The notes under the pieces are model-generated. The model made no database searches, had not been told where the DNA came from, and saw nothing but the letters and a program-made list of their open reading frames with translations. The translations under genes were made by a program, and so were the position numbers. From the NCBI RefSeq assembly GCF_006345805.1, contig NC_043005.1:100440001-100504000 (forward strand): a DNA stretch of 64,000 bases, read 5' to 3'. Source of the DNA: Octopus sinensis (lineage: Eukaryota). Positions 50,444 to 63,629 of this stretch are shown here, in pieces (the stretch's first letter is position 1; each line of letters starts with the position of its first letter).

Positions 50444-50698
50444 ACTGGCATCTGTGTCGGTGACACGTAAAACCACCAACCAATTGTGGCCGCTGCCAGC
50501 CTCCCCTGGCTCCTGTGCTGGTGGCACGTAAAAAACACCCACTACACTCACAGAGTGGTTGGTATTAGGAAGGGCATCCAGCTGTAGAAACACTGTCAGA
50601 TCAGACTAGAGCCTGGTGCAGCCTCCTTGCTTCCCAGAGCCCAGTCAAATCGTCCAACCCATGCTAGCATGGAAAAAAGACATTAAATGATGATGATG
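50444..50698 (+). mobile_element. RTE LINE 3' UTR
   Basis: Same UTR pattern as 6368-6620. Confidence 0.7.
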
Positions 50699-51375
50699 AA
50701 GGGGGTGCTGAAAAGTTCCTGGTATTAAGGGTATTGTGAAAGGCCTGGTTGGAAGCCCAACCTTCCAATTTCTTTAACAGGGCTTAGAAAAATTGAAGGA
50801 TTGCTGTGTGTGAATCTGAGAGGGGAATATGTCAAATAAAATCGTAATTAACTGATACTTCTGTATTTTCTTTTACCCCCACCCCAAAGCCACCTTCCAT
50901 ACTGGCATAGGTGGGACGTTTGACAGGAGCCAGCCAGGTAAAAGTCTGCACCAGACTTCTGTGACTGTCTTGGCAGGACTTTTACAACTGGATGCCCTTC
51001 CTAGCACCAATCCCTCATGTATGTATGTATGTATGCATGTATGTGTGTATATATATTTATATATATGTTTATTGTGGGTGTGCATGTATGATCATTGTTT
51101 CAATGGCCACTTTTCCAGGCTTGCATGAGTCCTATGGAATTCAGTGAGGCAGATTATCCATGATGAGATACCTTCCTGTCATTAACCCTCACTTCTTTCC
51201 AAGCTGGATGATATTTCGACTGGGCCAGACAAGATTTTCACAGGAGATCAGGGATGAAACAAACTGCATGTATAACAGAGGCACTTGCTTACAACTATCA
51301 TGTGATATCACGACATGTGTGTGTGTGTGTGTGTGTGTACGTATACAGACACAAATATGTTTATGTGTGTGTGTG

Positions 51376-52603
51376 CAAGGTATTTGAGGACATGCCTCTT
51401 TTGGGTCATTGTTGCATTTTTGCTAACTCTGTATAATCTTTGTTTCAGAAAATAATAATGGCAGACCCTCAGCTTACTCAAGAAATGAAGAGGCATGCTG
51501 TTATTGTGGTTATAAAGGCTGAGCATAGCAATTTAGACATATCTCAGTTTTTAAAAGTTACCAGATCTTTCGTCTACAAAGTTTGTAAGGAGCTAGAGAC
51601 TGAAGATGGAAATGTATCACCAGAATCAAAGCATAAAAAGCTTTCTAAATGCTCTGAAATCATCAGAACACCTGAATTTATCCAGCAAGTTCAACAGTTT
51701 ACAATGCTAGAAAGTCCATGAGGTCAATTGCAAAAGATCTCCATGTGTCAGAAGGCATAGTCAGAAATGTTGTCCACAACGATATCAGATATAAGACTTA
51801 TATGATGAGGAAAGATCAATTAGTTGGACAAAGCAAAAGAAAATAGTCACTACATCAGTTGTAAAAGGCTCTTAAACAAACTGAAAAATCCAGCAGAAGA
51901 TTTGATTTGCTTTTTCTCAAATGAGAAAAACTTTGACCAAGATCAAAAATCAACAGAAGAAATGACAGATGGTTGTGTGCAAACCCTTCTGAAGTTCCAA
52001 GTGTTATGCATACAAAATTTCCTGCAACTGTCATGGTTTTAGGGGTTGTCAGCAATGAAGGACATGTCATACATCCTTACTTCTTTCCACAAGGCCCTAG
52101 AGTTAACTCTACCACCTACATTGAGGTCCTGGAAACAATTGTTAAACCCTAGATAGACAGTGTATGCAATGGAAGGCCGTATGTGTTTCAGTAAGACTCT
52201 GCACTATCACACATGGTTCCAGTAACACAGGAATGGATGGTTGAAAATTTTCATAACCCCTTACATTTGGCCTCCTAATTCCCCAGATCTCAATCCATTG
52301 GACTATAACATGAGGAATGTTGTTGAGAGAGATGTTAATGAACATGTCCATGACACCAAAGATTCTTTGAAAGCTGCCATAGTCAGAGTAATGTCCAAAA
52401 TGAACCAGAACCACTTGATTCGAGCATGAAGATGATTAGGATCTCATATAGAAGCAGTTGTTGAAGCTGAAGGTGGCTTTATTGAATAACATTACAGAAA
52501 AGAAGGTTTATTTTTATCCTCATAGCATTTTTATAATTTAAGTTATCAACTATTATTATAAAGCTGTCTTTTTTTTTATAAACATAAATCTGTCCTCAAA
52601 TAT

Positions 52604-52607
<4 letters not shown>
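51376..52607 (+). mobile_element. near full-length Tc1/mariner DD37D transposon fossil
   Basis: TIRs AAGGTATTTGAGGACA / TGTCCTCAAATATCTT; transposase remnant from ATG 51458 (MADPQLTQEMKRHAVIV..) through FSNEKNF, VFQ*DSA and WPPNSPDLNPLDY to a stop near 52488, with frameshifts. Confidence 0.88.
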
Positions 52608-52643
<36 letters not shown>

Positions 52644-52671
52644 GTTTGTGTGTGTGTGTGTGTGTATAAAT

Positions 52672-52708
<37 letters not shown>

Positions 52709-52709
<1 letters not shown>

Positions 52710-52921
52710 GAGGGGTTGGGGAAAAGTTCTTGGTTTTAAAGGTATCATGAAAGGCCTGGTTGGAAGCCCAGACTTCTGAGTTGTTTTGCAGAGCTTGGAA
52801 AAGGAGTGGTGCAATGAGCGTGTGTGAATCTGAGAGAAGAATTTGATGGATAAAATCATAACTAACAGTTTCTCCTGTATTTTCTTCTACCCAAAGCCAA
52901 GAACTTTTCAGCAACCCCTCA
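52709..52921. mobile_element. mariner-derived MITE
   Basis: TIRs TGAGGGGTTG..GAAAAGTTCTTGG / CCAAGAACTTTTCAGCAACCCCTCA; a second, truncated copy at 50697-50890. Confidence 0.7.
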
Positions 52922-53607
52922 TGTGTGTGTGTGTGTGTATTATAAAAGCATACATATATACATACACACACACATGCACACACACACACACACAGAGTAA
53001 GCTGTGTAGTAGATCTTATTTGTCAAATTTCACTACTTTTGCCAACTTCAATGATGCATGTTTCTCATAAACTATCACAATTCAAAGGAATGAAAGAGTC
53101 CATTATAAAGGCTTCTCTGTAAACAGTAGTTTTATGTTACAACTCTTCCTGTTATTTCTTCGTCATACCTTATTCTTAAGAGAAGTGCTCTGCCAGAACA
53201 GTTTGCCTAAAGACAACAGACAATAAAACTACATGTTTGCTAGTATGCTCTGCCAGTGCTCATGTTATATTACCGATGTACATGAGTGAATATTTCATGT
53301 TAAAAAGTTTTTAATACTTGGCAGCTCACAGTCAACAGGCAAAACAAATATTTCTGTAACTTTGTTTTATTGTCAAGTCTGATGTAATGTCCTCCAGCAG
53401 GGACACTATCTTGTCTCTGTTCATTGAGTGTGGCATGGCTCAGACAATATTTCTGTTAAGATTTAGTCACAGTGGTTTACTTTCTGAGTTCGAATCCTCT
53501 CAAAATCAATAAAATAACACCGTGTAGTAGTGGTGACCATAGACTCAAGCAGTCCACACTTCTCTCATTCTCTCAACATGAGACTTTCTGGTGAGATTGG
53601 AAAGCTT

Positions 53608-54060
53608 CATCATCATCATCATCGTTTAACGTCCGTTTTCCATGCTAGCATGGGTTGGACGGTTTGACCAGGGTCTGGGAAGCCAGGAGGCTGCACCAGG
53701 CTCCAGTCTGATCTAGCAGTGTTTCTATGGCTGGATGCCCTTCCTAATGCCAACCACTCTGAGAGTGTAGTGGTTGCTTTTAAAGTGCCACCAGCACAGG
53801 GGCCAGAGGAGGCTGGCAATGGCCATGATCAGTTGGTGCTTTTTACGTGCCACCAGCATGGAAGCCAGTCAAGGCGGCGCTGGCATCAGCCACGTTCGGA
53901 TGGTGCTTTTTACGTGCCACCTGCACAGGTATCACAACTACAATTTCCATTTGATTTTCATTTTGATGTTGATGTACTTGACTCAATAGGTCTCCTCAAG
54001 CACAGCAGGTCGCCCTACGATCCAAGGTACTTTTGAATGGTCTGGGGCTGGTCATGCAAA
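53608..54060 (-). mobile_element. RTE LINE 3' UTR
   Basis: (CAT)n-CGTTTAACGTCCGTTTTCCATGCTAGCATGG plus three TTTTACGTGCCACC-like units. Confidence 0.7.
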
Positions 54061-54149
54061 ACTGTTGCATCATTGCTGATATTGGAATTGGTTACACATG
54101 TCACAATAACTATCATAGGTAACCAATACATATGTAATTTTGGTGGTTA

Positions 54150-54566
54150 AGAGAGGAGAAGACTCGTCAAGCCAAGTGAAATCATAGTCATGACTAATGC
54201 CAGTGTAGAGTAACAGGCACCTGTGCTGGTGGCACATAAAAGTATCCTTCAAACATTGGGCTTCACAGAGGCAATGATAAGTGACCAGGTCCTTTTGGTG
54301 ATATGCCATGCTTTAGAAGACCCATCAGGCAAAGTGAAATCCTAGTTGCGGCTGATGTCATATAACTTGGTACCCATGCTGGTGGCATGTAAAAGGCACC
54401 CATTACACTCTTGGAAGGGTTGGCGTTAGGAAGGGCATCCAGCCGTAGAAACCATGCCAAATCAGATTGGAACATGGTGCAGGTCTCCAGCTTACCAGTT
54501 TCAGCTAAACTATCCAACCCATACCAGAAAGAAAAGCAGATGCTAAATGATGATGATGGTGATGAT
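54150..54566 (+). mobile_element. RTE LINE ORF end (54247-54337) plus 3' UTR
   Basis: LQTLGFTEAMISDQ...KTHQAK* resembles the RTE '..DR..WR.AV' terminus and is followed directly by the UTR and (GAT)n. Confidence 0.6.
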
Positions 54567-54616
54567 GTAACAAATGTGATATTAATATTACAAACTCAAT
54601 TATGCTGGGCAAAATA

Positions 54617-54999
54617 CTTTATTCTTTTACTTGTTTCGGTCATTTGACTGTGACCATCCTGGAGCACCGCCTTTAGTCAAACAAATCGCCCCCAGAACTT
54701 ATTCTTGTAAGCCTAGTACTTATTCTATCGGTTTCTCTTGCCGAACCACTAAGTTACAGGGACATAAACACACCAGTGATGTTGGGGGGGACTAACACAG
54801 ACACACAAACATATACATACACATATATATACATATATATACGACGGGCTTCTTTCAGTTTCTGTCTACCAAATCCACTCACAAGGCGTTGGTTGGCCCG
54901 AGGCTATAGTAGAAGACATTTGCCCAAGGTGCCATGCAGTGGGACTGAACCCGGAACCATGTGGCTGGTAAGTAAGCTATTTACCACACAGCCACTCCT
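54617..54999 (-). mobile_element. SINE family A
   Basis: Full-length match. Confidence 0.85.
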
Positions 55000-55917
55000 G
55001 CATCTATCTGGTATTTCATCCGTCTTTATGTTCTGAGTCCAAATTCTGCTGAGGCTGACTTTGGCTTTCATCCTTTTTGGGGATCTATAAAATAAGTACC
55101 AGTTGATTACTGAGGCTTCTGTAATTGACTTGCACTTTCCCCTTGAAATTGCTGGTCTTACACCAAAATGTGGAATAATATTAGAAACCTATTTAAGGTG
55201 GTCGGCTGACAAAATTGTTGGCCCATCAGGAAAAATGGTTAATGGCATTTTGTCTGGTTTTGTATTCTCAGTTCAAATTCTGTCGATGGTGACTTTGACT
55301 TTCCTCCTTTCAGGGTTGATAAAATAAGTACCAGTTGAATACTGGAGGTTGCTGCAATCAACTTTCTCCGCCCACTGAAATTGACGACCTTGCACCAACA
55401 TTTGGAATAAATATTACAAACTCAATGAACAAACGTACCACCTATATTATCAAACCTAGTTAAAAAATGCGTCATCTAAGTTGTGGACATGTTGTTATTA
55501 CAAGGCCCAAAGATGGTTTTATTTATTTTTGTTCAAATCACATATAATGTTGTTTTATAAGCTATGTTTATTATTACACCAGTCTCTGTAATAAATAAAA
55601 TTGTGATTTGAAGGATATTTAGCTGCTGATTCTAAGTCATTGAATGACCTTCTCCATTCCTATTAAGATAACTTTCTTTGAAGTAGCTATATTTGTATAT
55701 AACCCATCGTATATAACTGACATTTGCTCTACATCAGCTTTTACAAAAAAGGTAAATTGGATTCCACTTGTAGGAACTGTTCAAATGGAAGAGGAAGAAC
55801 AAAAAAAAAGACACTAAGGATAAGGTTATTTCATAATTCTTCATTTTTCTTCCAATGTTCAATTCCAAATTAACACTGGATTCTGTAGTTAGATGACAAA
55901 CTATTTCTATTTCTGAT

Positions 55918-56227
55918 ATTGTTGTTGTTTATTCCTTCTCGAGCCATGCCTGGTTCATAAGGGCCAGTTTCCCGGTTTCTTGGAGTATAGGTTCCCCACC
56001 TGGACGGGACGCCGGTCCATCGCAGGTGAGCTGCAAGATGTAGGAGGAAAGAGTGAGAGACAGTTGTCGCGAAAGAGTCAGCAGAAGTTTGCCATTACCT
56101 TCTGCCAGAGCCGCGTGGAGCTTAGGTGTTTTTCTCATAAACACACACATCGCCCGGTATGAGATTCAAACCTGCGATCCCTCAACCACGAGTCCGCTGT
56201 TCTAACCACTTGGCCATGTGCCTCCAC
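55918..56227 (-). mobile_element. SINE family B with TSD ATTTCTGATATTGT
   Basis: ATTTCTGATATTGT occurs at ~55909 and 56228. Confidence 0.88.
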
Positions 56228-57789
56228 ATTTCTGATATTGTAGGTGCTTCAGTAATAAAGTTACTTCAGCAGACATCTATTAACCTAATTCCATTCCATG
56301 TTTGACAATCTTTTACTTCAGTCTACAAGTTGGACCACTTTTTCCACAGTTGAAGAATCTATATCACAAAGAATATAAACTCTACAGTAATAAGTTAAAT
56401 GTGTTTCAATATTCAGTAATAAGCTTCAAATCCCATGATTCATAGTTGGCAGGAACCGCAATCCCTAATTAGACAGACTTACTTGCTTACAACTGTCACT
56501 CACTATTAGCAATGAGGAATATTCTATGTTCTATTGTGTTTACACTGCCTCTGTTTCAAAGTCTGTCCCACCTTGTGTCAAATAACATATTACAGGTCAT
56601 TTCAATCAACGCTTGAAAGTGTTGTTTTATGTTTCACTGATTCTTACATGGAACTCACCTTGTGCTAGGATGATGCTTAAAATATTCATAACTACAACAA
56701 CTGCAGCTTATGACATTCGTCATACAAAGATGAGACAAAGATGCTATAATAGAATTAGTTTCAATGCATAAACAATGTGGTCGTGTCTTTCCATATCAAT
56801 AATTCAGATAAGAGCTAAAGCAATGCAGAGATAGAAGAAAAAGAAAAAGCAAATTAAAACAAGAAAACTGCCGTGGAAACAATTCATATAAAGATATGTA
56901 GAATATGTCAATTATAATACTATTGATGGTGGGTATTTTAAAACAACCAACAGAAGAATTCATGTCTATTGTTAAAGAGAGGAATATATTTAAATATTAT
57001 TATCAACTCCAGAAACATTTTGCAAAAGTTTAGATAAGTTTATGTCACTCCTGATGAGTATTTCTTTTCACTCCTTATAACAAATTAACACATTAATTTT
57101 ATTTTTTTTTATCTTCAAAGTTTATAACTTTATGCCAGTTCTTTATCTTCCAAGTAGCTTATAAATTTAAATTAGGTAACTTTTGTGAGAGTATTTTATC
57201 AGGTCTCATATGAAATTTGTTGAAGGAAGTTTTAATTTACATATATTAGATTAGAAGGAGTGCAGTTTATAATATTGAACTGCAGCTTGTGGGAATTTAC
57301 TATATTTTAGCATCGTTGCTGAAAGACAAATATCTTTTAAATTGAAAACAAATTCACAAAGAAACAGATAGGTCTTTGAGGAATTAGAAGCAATGAACTC
57401 AACAGTTGCACAAAAATAGGAAATTAGTATATGTTTGAATAAGATGAATCTACAACTTTATTGAGACCAAAGAATGATAGATAATTATTCATATATCAAT
57501 AAAGTAAATAAATTTCAATATTTACAATAATTAAATAGATAAGAATAAAATAGCAAAGCAATTGTTTGTAAGTTTTGAATTTTGCTGCTATGCTTAAAAA
57601 ATAAATTATTCAATTCTGTGTGTTACAGAACACAAAGCTATACTAAATGACTTACATCAAATCTGGAGTTTCATAACTCAGACAGGAAATTGACAAGCAT
57701 TTTCTTTCCCTACTACAATATTTTTAGGGATTAGGTAAATAAGCAAATTTATTTAAGGCTGGACCTGAGTATATCAATTTTTTTTTTGT

Positions 57790-58091
57790 TTTTGTTCCTT
57801 CTCGAGCCATACCTGGCTCATAAAGGCTGGTTTCCCGGTTTCTTGGCATATAGGTTCCCCACCTGGACAGGACGCCAGTACATCGCAGGTGAGCTGCAAG
57901 ATGCAGGAGGAAAGAGTGCGAGAAAGTTGTGGTGAAAGAGTCAGCAGAAGTTTCACCATTATCTTCTGCCAGAGCCGTGTAGAGCTTAGGTGTTTCGCTC
58001 ATAAACACACAAATCGCCCGGTCTGAGATTCGAACCTGCGATCGCTCGACTGCGAGTTCGCTGCTCTAACCACTAGACCATGTGCCTCCAC
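57790..58091 (-). mobile_element. SINE family B
   Basis: Matches 55918-56227; GTATATCA on both flanks. Confidence 0.85.
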
Positions 58092-58422
58092 TGTATATCA
58101 GTTAAATGCTACTGAATCTCCCCAAACTAGACACCAATATCTAAGCATGATCCAAGCTGAATATTATCTACAAAGATGAACAACCAATATCAGAGTAAGA
58201 AAACTCCCCATGAACCAGGAGTCTACAAATACTTCCCATTTTGCTAGAATAAGGAGACTATGACATTAAAAAAGTTCACAAACAAGCATAACAAATATGT
58301 ATTCTCATCATCATCTGCCAAACAGATATCATTATGGTTTTGACACTTGGGCAGTAACATTCAATCTGATGGTGTCAACAGTGTTAAAAAAACGTTAAAA
58401 ATTATCTGGAAATCAATAATAA

Positions 58423-58636
58423 TCTTTTCTACCCTACGAACAAGGCCCGAAATCTTTAGGGAAGGGGCCAGTCGATTTGATCGACCCCAGTATGCAACTG
58501 GTACTTAATTTATCGATCCTGAAAGGATGAAAGGCAAAGCTGACCTTGGCGGAATTTGAACTCAGAATGTAAAGACAGATGAAATACCACTAAGCATTTC
58601 GCCTGGCATGCTAACGTTTCTACCAGCTTGCCACCC
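58423..58636 (-). mobile_element. SINE family C (tail type 2)
   Basis: Matches 38457-38674. Confidence 0.8.
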
Positions 58637-59199
58637 TCAGCAGAAGCAAAACATTAGCATAGCAGGTTCATTATGCCAACATCTGCTTATTACAATAAGC
58701 AAGATCAAATTAAACAGTTAGTACTAACTTACAGTTACAAAACAATTCCTATAAAACAAAGGCCTTACTCCCCAAAAGGACACTGTGATACTAAAATTAT
58801 AATACAAAAGGACAAGCATACTAAACATATACTTTTGATAACTAAGCTGAGTTTTTCTTTTAATTATTATCAGTATAAAGTGGACTATAAAAAAGGTTCA
58901 AACCATAGATGTTTTGAACAACCAGGAAAACCTCTGTGACAATATGTTTACTAGATCAATGTATAAATATTTACCAATAGTGCCACTTAAAGGCCTGGAC
59001 ACACAAATCATTTGCTTGGATGAGGGCCATGGATCTTGGGGTCAGATGCTAATCTATGTATGTTGTGGTTGTATATGTTGAGACCTCAGTGCATTGCTTC
59101 ATTCAGGGGTTTCTAATACTGTTAAAATACCCTTGACTACAACATGTCATTGGGGAAATGAGACATTTTATAAACTGATTTAAAGGTATTTTTTTAACA

Positions 59200-60570
59200 T
59201 GAATTGATGTAGTTATATGATACCTTTCTCATCCAGACATGAGTACTTGTCAGAGATTGCCATCAGAGATTTTTGCTTCCCTCCTAATTAGCACGTGTTG
59301 TATATTTCTTTTAAGTCCAACCAGCTGCCTGAAGGACTTCCTGTTTGGTGATATGGTCTTGATTCTATATCTAAAATACTGACTTGTGTGTGTGTATGTG
59401 TGTGTGTGTGTGTGTGTGGTGTTTAAAACTGCACCATTCATTTGATGCACATGTGACCATAAAATGCAACCTTTGAAGCCATACATATATATATAGTAAA
59501 CCAAATTCTATAGATGTGGCTTTGGACAATTAGCATGTAACAAGGTGGAAATGGCTCTGTTAATGCATCAAAGTATTTCAGGAATGAGCTTTGCCAACAT
59601 CCTAGTCATTGCTGAAAGCTGAACCGATCACACACAGAACTATCTACACAGCACATTATATAAATGTTCATCTTCAGATGCATACTAGCATAGAATACTT
59701 CATTAAAGAGAACTGGAATAAATAAGCATTCCTGTTTCATAATATTTTGCTTCACCACATAGCAGTTGCTTTCCCATTATGTTCAATAGTAAACGGATCA
59801 TTGTTCAGAAGGTTTCTAGTCAGCCTGGCTTTCTAAAGGTAAAGTATGGTGCAGAATGATCCATGATTCTGGTTGATACAGCATTGTCGATGTTACCACA
59901 GTGCCAGATGATGCAAAGATGTGGATGATCCAAAGAATTGCAGTAGCTGTGTGGTAAGTAACTTGCTTATGAACCACATGGTTCCGGGTTCAGTCCCACT
60001 TCGTGGCACCTTGGGCAAGTGTCTACTACTATAGCCTCAGGCTGACCAAAGCCTTGTGAGTGGATTTGGTAGACGGAAACTGAAAGAAGCCTGTCGTATA
60101 TATGTATATATATATATATGTGTGTGTGTGTTTGTGTGTCAGTGTTTGTCACCCCAAAATTGCTTGACAACCTATGCTGGTGTGTTTATGTCCCTGTAAC
60201 TTAGTGGTTCAGCAAAAGAAACTGATAGAATAAGTGCTAGGATTACAAAGAATAAGTCCTGGGATCGATTTGCTCGACTAAAGATGGTGCTCCAGCATGG
60301 CCACAATCAAATGATTGAAAGAAGTAAAAGAGTAAAAGAGAGAGAGAGAGAGAGAGAGAGTAAAGTCCAAAGAGAGGGATGATCGACATAGTGCTGTATG
60401 AACTCCTACTACAGTGCTTTTATGAAATCTTTGGAAAAATCATGTTGTGTTCAGACAGTTTACCTATGACTGTTTTACTGGAAACATTACATTGTGCTTC
60501 ACTTAAGGTGAAATACTCACAGCGATACACAAAGGCTGGCCACCATGATTAGCCCTCTTTGGATGATGCT
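59200..60570 (-). pseudogene. old RTE LINE RT fossil split by a SINE A insertion
   Basis: Decayed motifs in the expected order, including 'KQECL..P.LF' and QDHITKQEVLQAAG (like WQD.I.N.EVL.RA). Confidence 0.4.
59943..60340 (+). mobile_element. SINE family A
   Basis: Full-length match. Confidence 0.85.
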
Positions 60571-60650
60571 GATTATTAATTTTGTCATCAATATACAGCA
60601 ATTACACATCACTGTAATCACCTCGGTAATTATGTACCACTATAATAACC

Positions 60651-60883
60651 TATTTCTTTACTACCCACAAGGGGCTAAACACAGGGAGGACAAACAAGGA
60701 CAGTCAAACAGATTAAGTTTATTATATCGACCCCAGTGCATAACTGGTACTTATTTAATCGCCTCCAAAAGGATGAAAGGCAAAGTCGACCTTGGCGGAA
60801 TTTAAACTCAGAACGTAGTGGTGGACGAAATACCACAAAGCATTTCTCGCAGCGTGCTAACGTTTCTGCCAGCTTGCCGGCTT
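60651..60883 (-). mobile_element. SINE family C (tail type 1) with TSD ACCAC(T/C)ATAATAACC
   Basis: TSD at ~60636-60650 and ~60886-60900. Confidence 0.85.
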
Positions 60884-61999
60884 GAACCACCATAATAACC
60901 ATAGCTATACTGTTCTCATTTCCCCCCTTGTACTATGTTATTATCACACTGTCTCCATGATAGGCTGGTGACATTTTACCCTCCTAGACAGTGGTCAAGA
61001 TATTTAGAAGAACATTTAAGATAAACCAAAGTGATGGAAGTGGAATTTAAAACAAAGATGAGGTAGAAGACGAAAATAACAAAAGGAATCACGTTTCTCA
61101 CTTTCCACATGTGATATTTATGTAAGATTACAAGGTTGTAGTTCTAGCTTCGGTCAAAACAATATTAACCAGTGTGTCCTTCTATTTGCCCAAGATGTTA
61201 GGGTGTTATCTGAGGGATATTTGGCTGTTATTTCTAGCATGTCCTCAATGGTTGCCTCTTTATTACCTTAATGTAAATGCAGAATTTCAGAAATGTAGTG
61301 AGACTGAAGTGACACCTAGAGTGCTGCCACTGTGTTCATAGACAAATGGAAGCAAAGACAATATTCACTGCTGCACCATTTCAAAATTTCATAACAAATG
61401 GGAAAGTTTCTGAAAGATTGTCTTATGTCACTTTTTAGATTCCTTTTTCACAGGAAACCACGATACAAGAAATTTGGGGCAAGATTTCTTAGCATTGCCA
61501 TAAAATGAGCATAGCTACATGTGTGTTGTCCATGGACATGAATGATACAACACAAAAGAAGTCTGAAATCTAGACTTTATCTTCACTTGTCCAGTAATTT
61601 AACTAAAATAAATTAACACAAACAAGTGATCAGAACAACAGCAACAGCCATCTGAGAATTTGGACCTGGAGATCTCCATTTCCGGCAACTTTGAGGGCAA
61701 CCTCCCAGTGGTGTGGGGCGTCAACGACTACAACAAGGCAACCAAAGTTTTTTTTTTTTCCAAGGTTTGGGGTCTCCCACCCCTAAGCCCTAGACCATCA
61801 TCTAATCACTCTTACCCATCTTGTTGCTTAACAACAACAACAGCAACAATCAAAAACTGGTAAATTATTTTTATATGGATTAAAAGTAGCAGAAATAATC
61901 CAACCTAAAATACTGAGAATTATTTCATAGTTTAGTGGCTGAAACTGATAAGAGAAAAGAATATATATACTTGAGTTATATATTAAAACAGGTTGGTAT

Positions 62000-62429
62000 A
62001 TTCTTTTATTCTTTTAGATGTTTCAGTCATTTGACTGTGGTCATGCTGGAGCACTGCATTTAGTCGAACAAATTGACCCCAGGACTTATTCTTTATAAGC
62101 ATAGAACTTATTCTATCGATCTGTGAACCGCCAATTTATGGGAACGTAAACACACCAACATCAGTTGTCATGCGTTGATGGGGGACAAACAGACACACAA
62201 ATACACACACACATGCACACACACACACACACACCACACACACACACACCACACACACACACACATATATACGATGGGCTTTTTTTAGTTTCCATCTACC
62301 AAGTTCACTCACAAGACTTTGATTGACTTGAGGCTATAGTAGAAGACACTTGTCCAAGGTGTCTCATAGTAGGACTGAATCCGAAACCATTTGGTTGGTA
62401 AGCAAGCTACTTACCACACAGCCACTCCT
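62000..62429 (-). mobile_element. SINE family A
   Basis: Full-length, diverged match. Confidence 0.8.
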
Positions 62430-62477
62430 ATGCCTATGTGTTGATATTTTATTATTACTAGTAGTAGCAGTAGTAAT

Positions 62478-62690
62478 AAGGTGGTGAGCTGGCAGAACCA
62501 TTAGCACACTGGGTAAAAGGCTTAAAAGTATTCTGCACATCTTTATGGTCTGAGTTCAAATTTCATGGGGATCGACTTTCATCCTTTCAGGGATCGATAA
62601 ATTTAGTACCAGTAAAACACTGGGGTAGACATAATCGACTAGTCCGCTCCAACCAAACTTCAGGCCTTGTACTTTTAGTAGAAAAGAGTA
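62478..62690 (+). mobile_element. SINE family C (tail type 2, diverged)
   Basis: AAGGTGGTGAGCTGGCAGAACC...GAGTTCAAATT...AGTAGAAAAGA. Confidence 0.65.
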
Positions 62691-62832
62691 TTATTGTTAT
62701 TGTTGCTGTTGTTACTATTTTATTTCTCAAACTCTTGATCTTACTTGCTCTTGTTGAATCTGTGAGAGCAGACAGCAACCTGTTGTCAGAGTCCTTGTGC
62801 CAAAATTTGAAGCCATTATTATTATTATTATT

Positions 62833-63193
62833 ACTGAGTGAGAGAGCAGTGCATGCCATCAAAGTGACACTGGGGTAAAATATACGAAGCCCAGTATACT
62901 CACCATGACTACCCGTCTGATAAGGGTACACCAGGCACATACATCACAACCATATGTGCGCGACATGGTGATCTCATATCAAGATAAACAGCACATGACC
63001 TTGCAGGTGGGGCCCAGTTAGAATTTTCTTCTGGTCGAGTAGCCTATCCTGCTCAAAAGGTCCCTGAATAAGGATTGCTTAAGGATGTTGAATGAACCAC
63101 TCATGTTTCCAACGGTGAATTATCCAAACCTCTAAGAATTCCTTTCAACACACGGCTATGATGCTCCCACACTTATTATTATGATTATTATTA

Positions 63194-63230
<37 letters not shown>

Positions 63231-63589
63231 TGAGTGAGAGAGCAGTGCATGCCATCAAAGTGACACTGGGGTAAAATATACGAAGCCCAGTATACTCACC
63301 ATGACTACCCGTCTGATAAGGGTACACCAGGCACATACATCACAACCATATGTGCGTGACATGGTGATCTCATATCAAGATAAACAGCACATGACCTTGC
63401 AGGTGGGGCCCAGTTAGAATTTTCTTCTGGTCGAGTAGCCTATCCTGCTCAAAAGGTCCCTGAATAAGGATTGCTTAAGGATGTTGAATGAACCACTCAT
63501 GTTTCCAACGGTGAATTATCCAAACCTCTAAGAATTCCTTTCAACACATGGCTATGATGCTCCCACACTTATTATTATGATTATTATTA

Positions 63590-63629
<40 letters not shown>

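Noticed and set aside
62910-62960. CTGATAAG in the tandem unit suggesting a retrozyme array
   Set aside because: Not CTGANGA and no correctly placed GAAA or stems on either strand.
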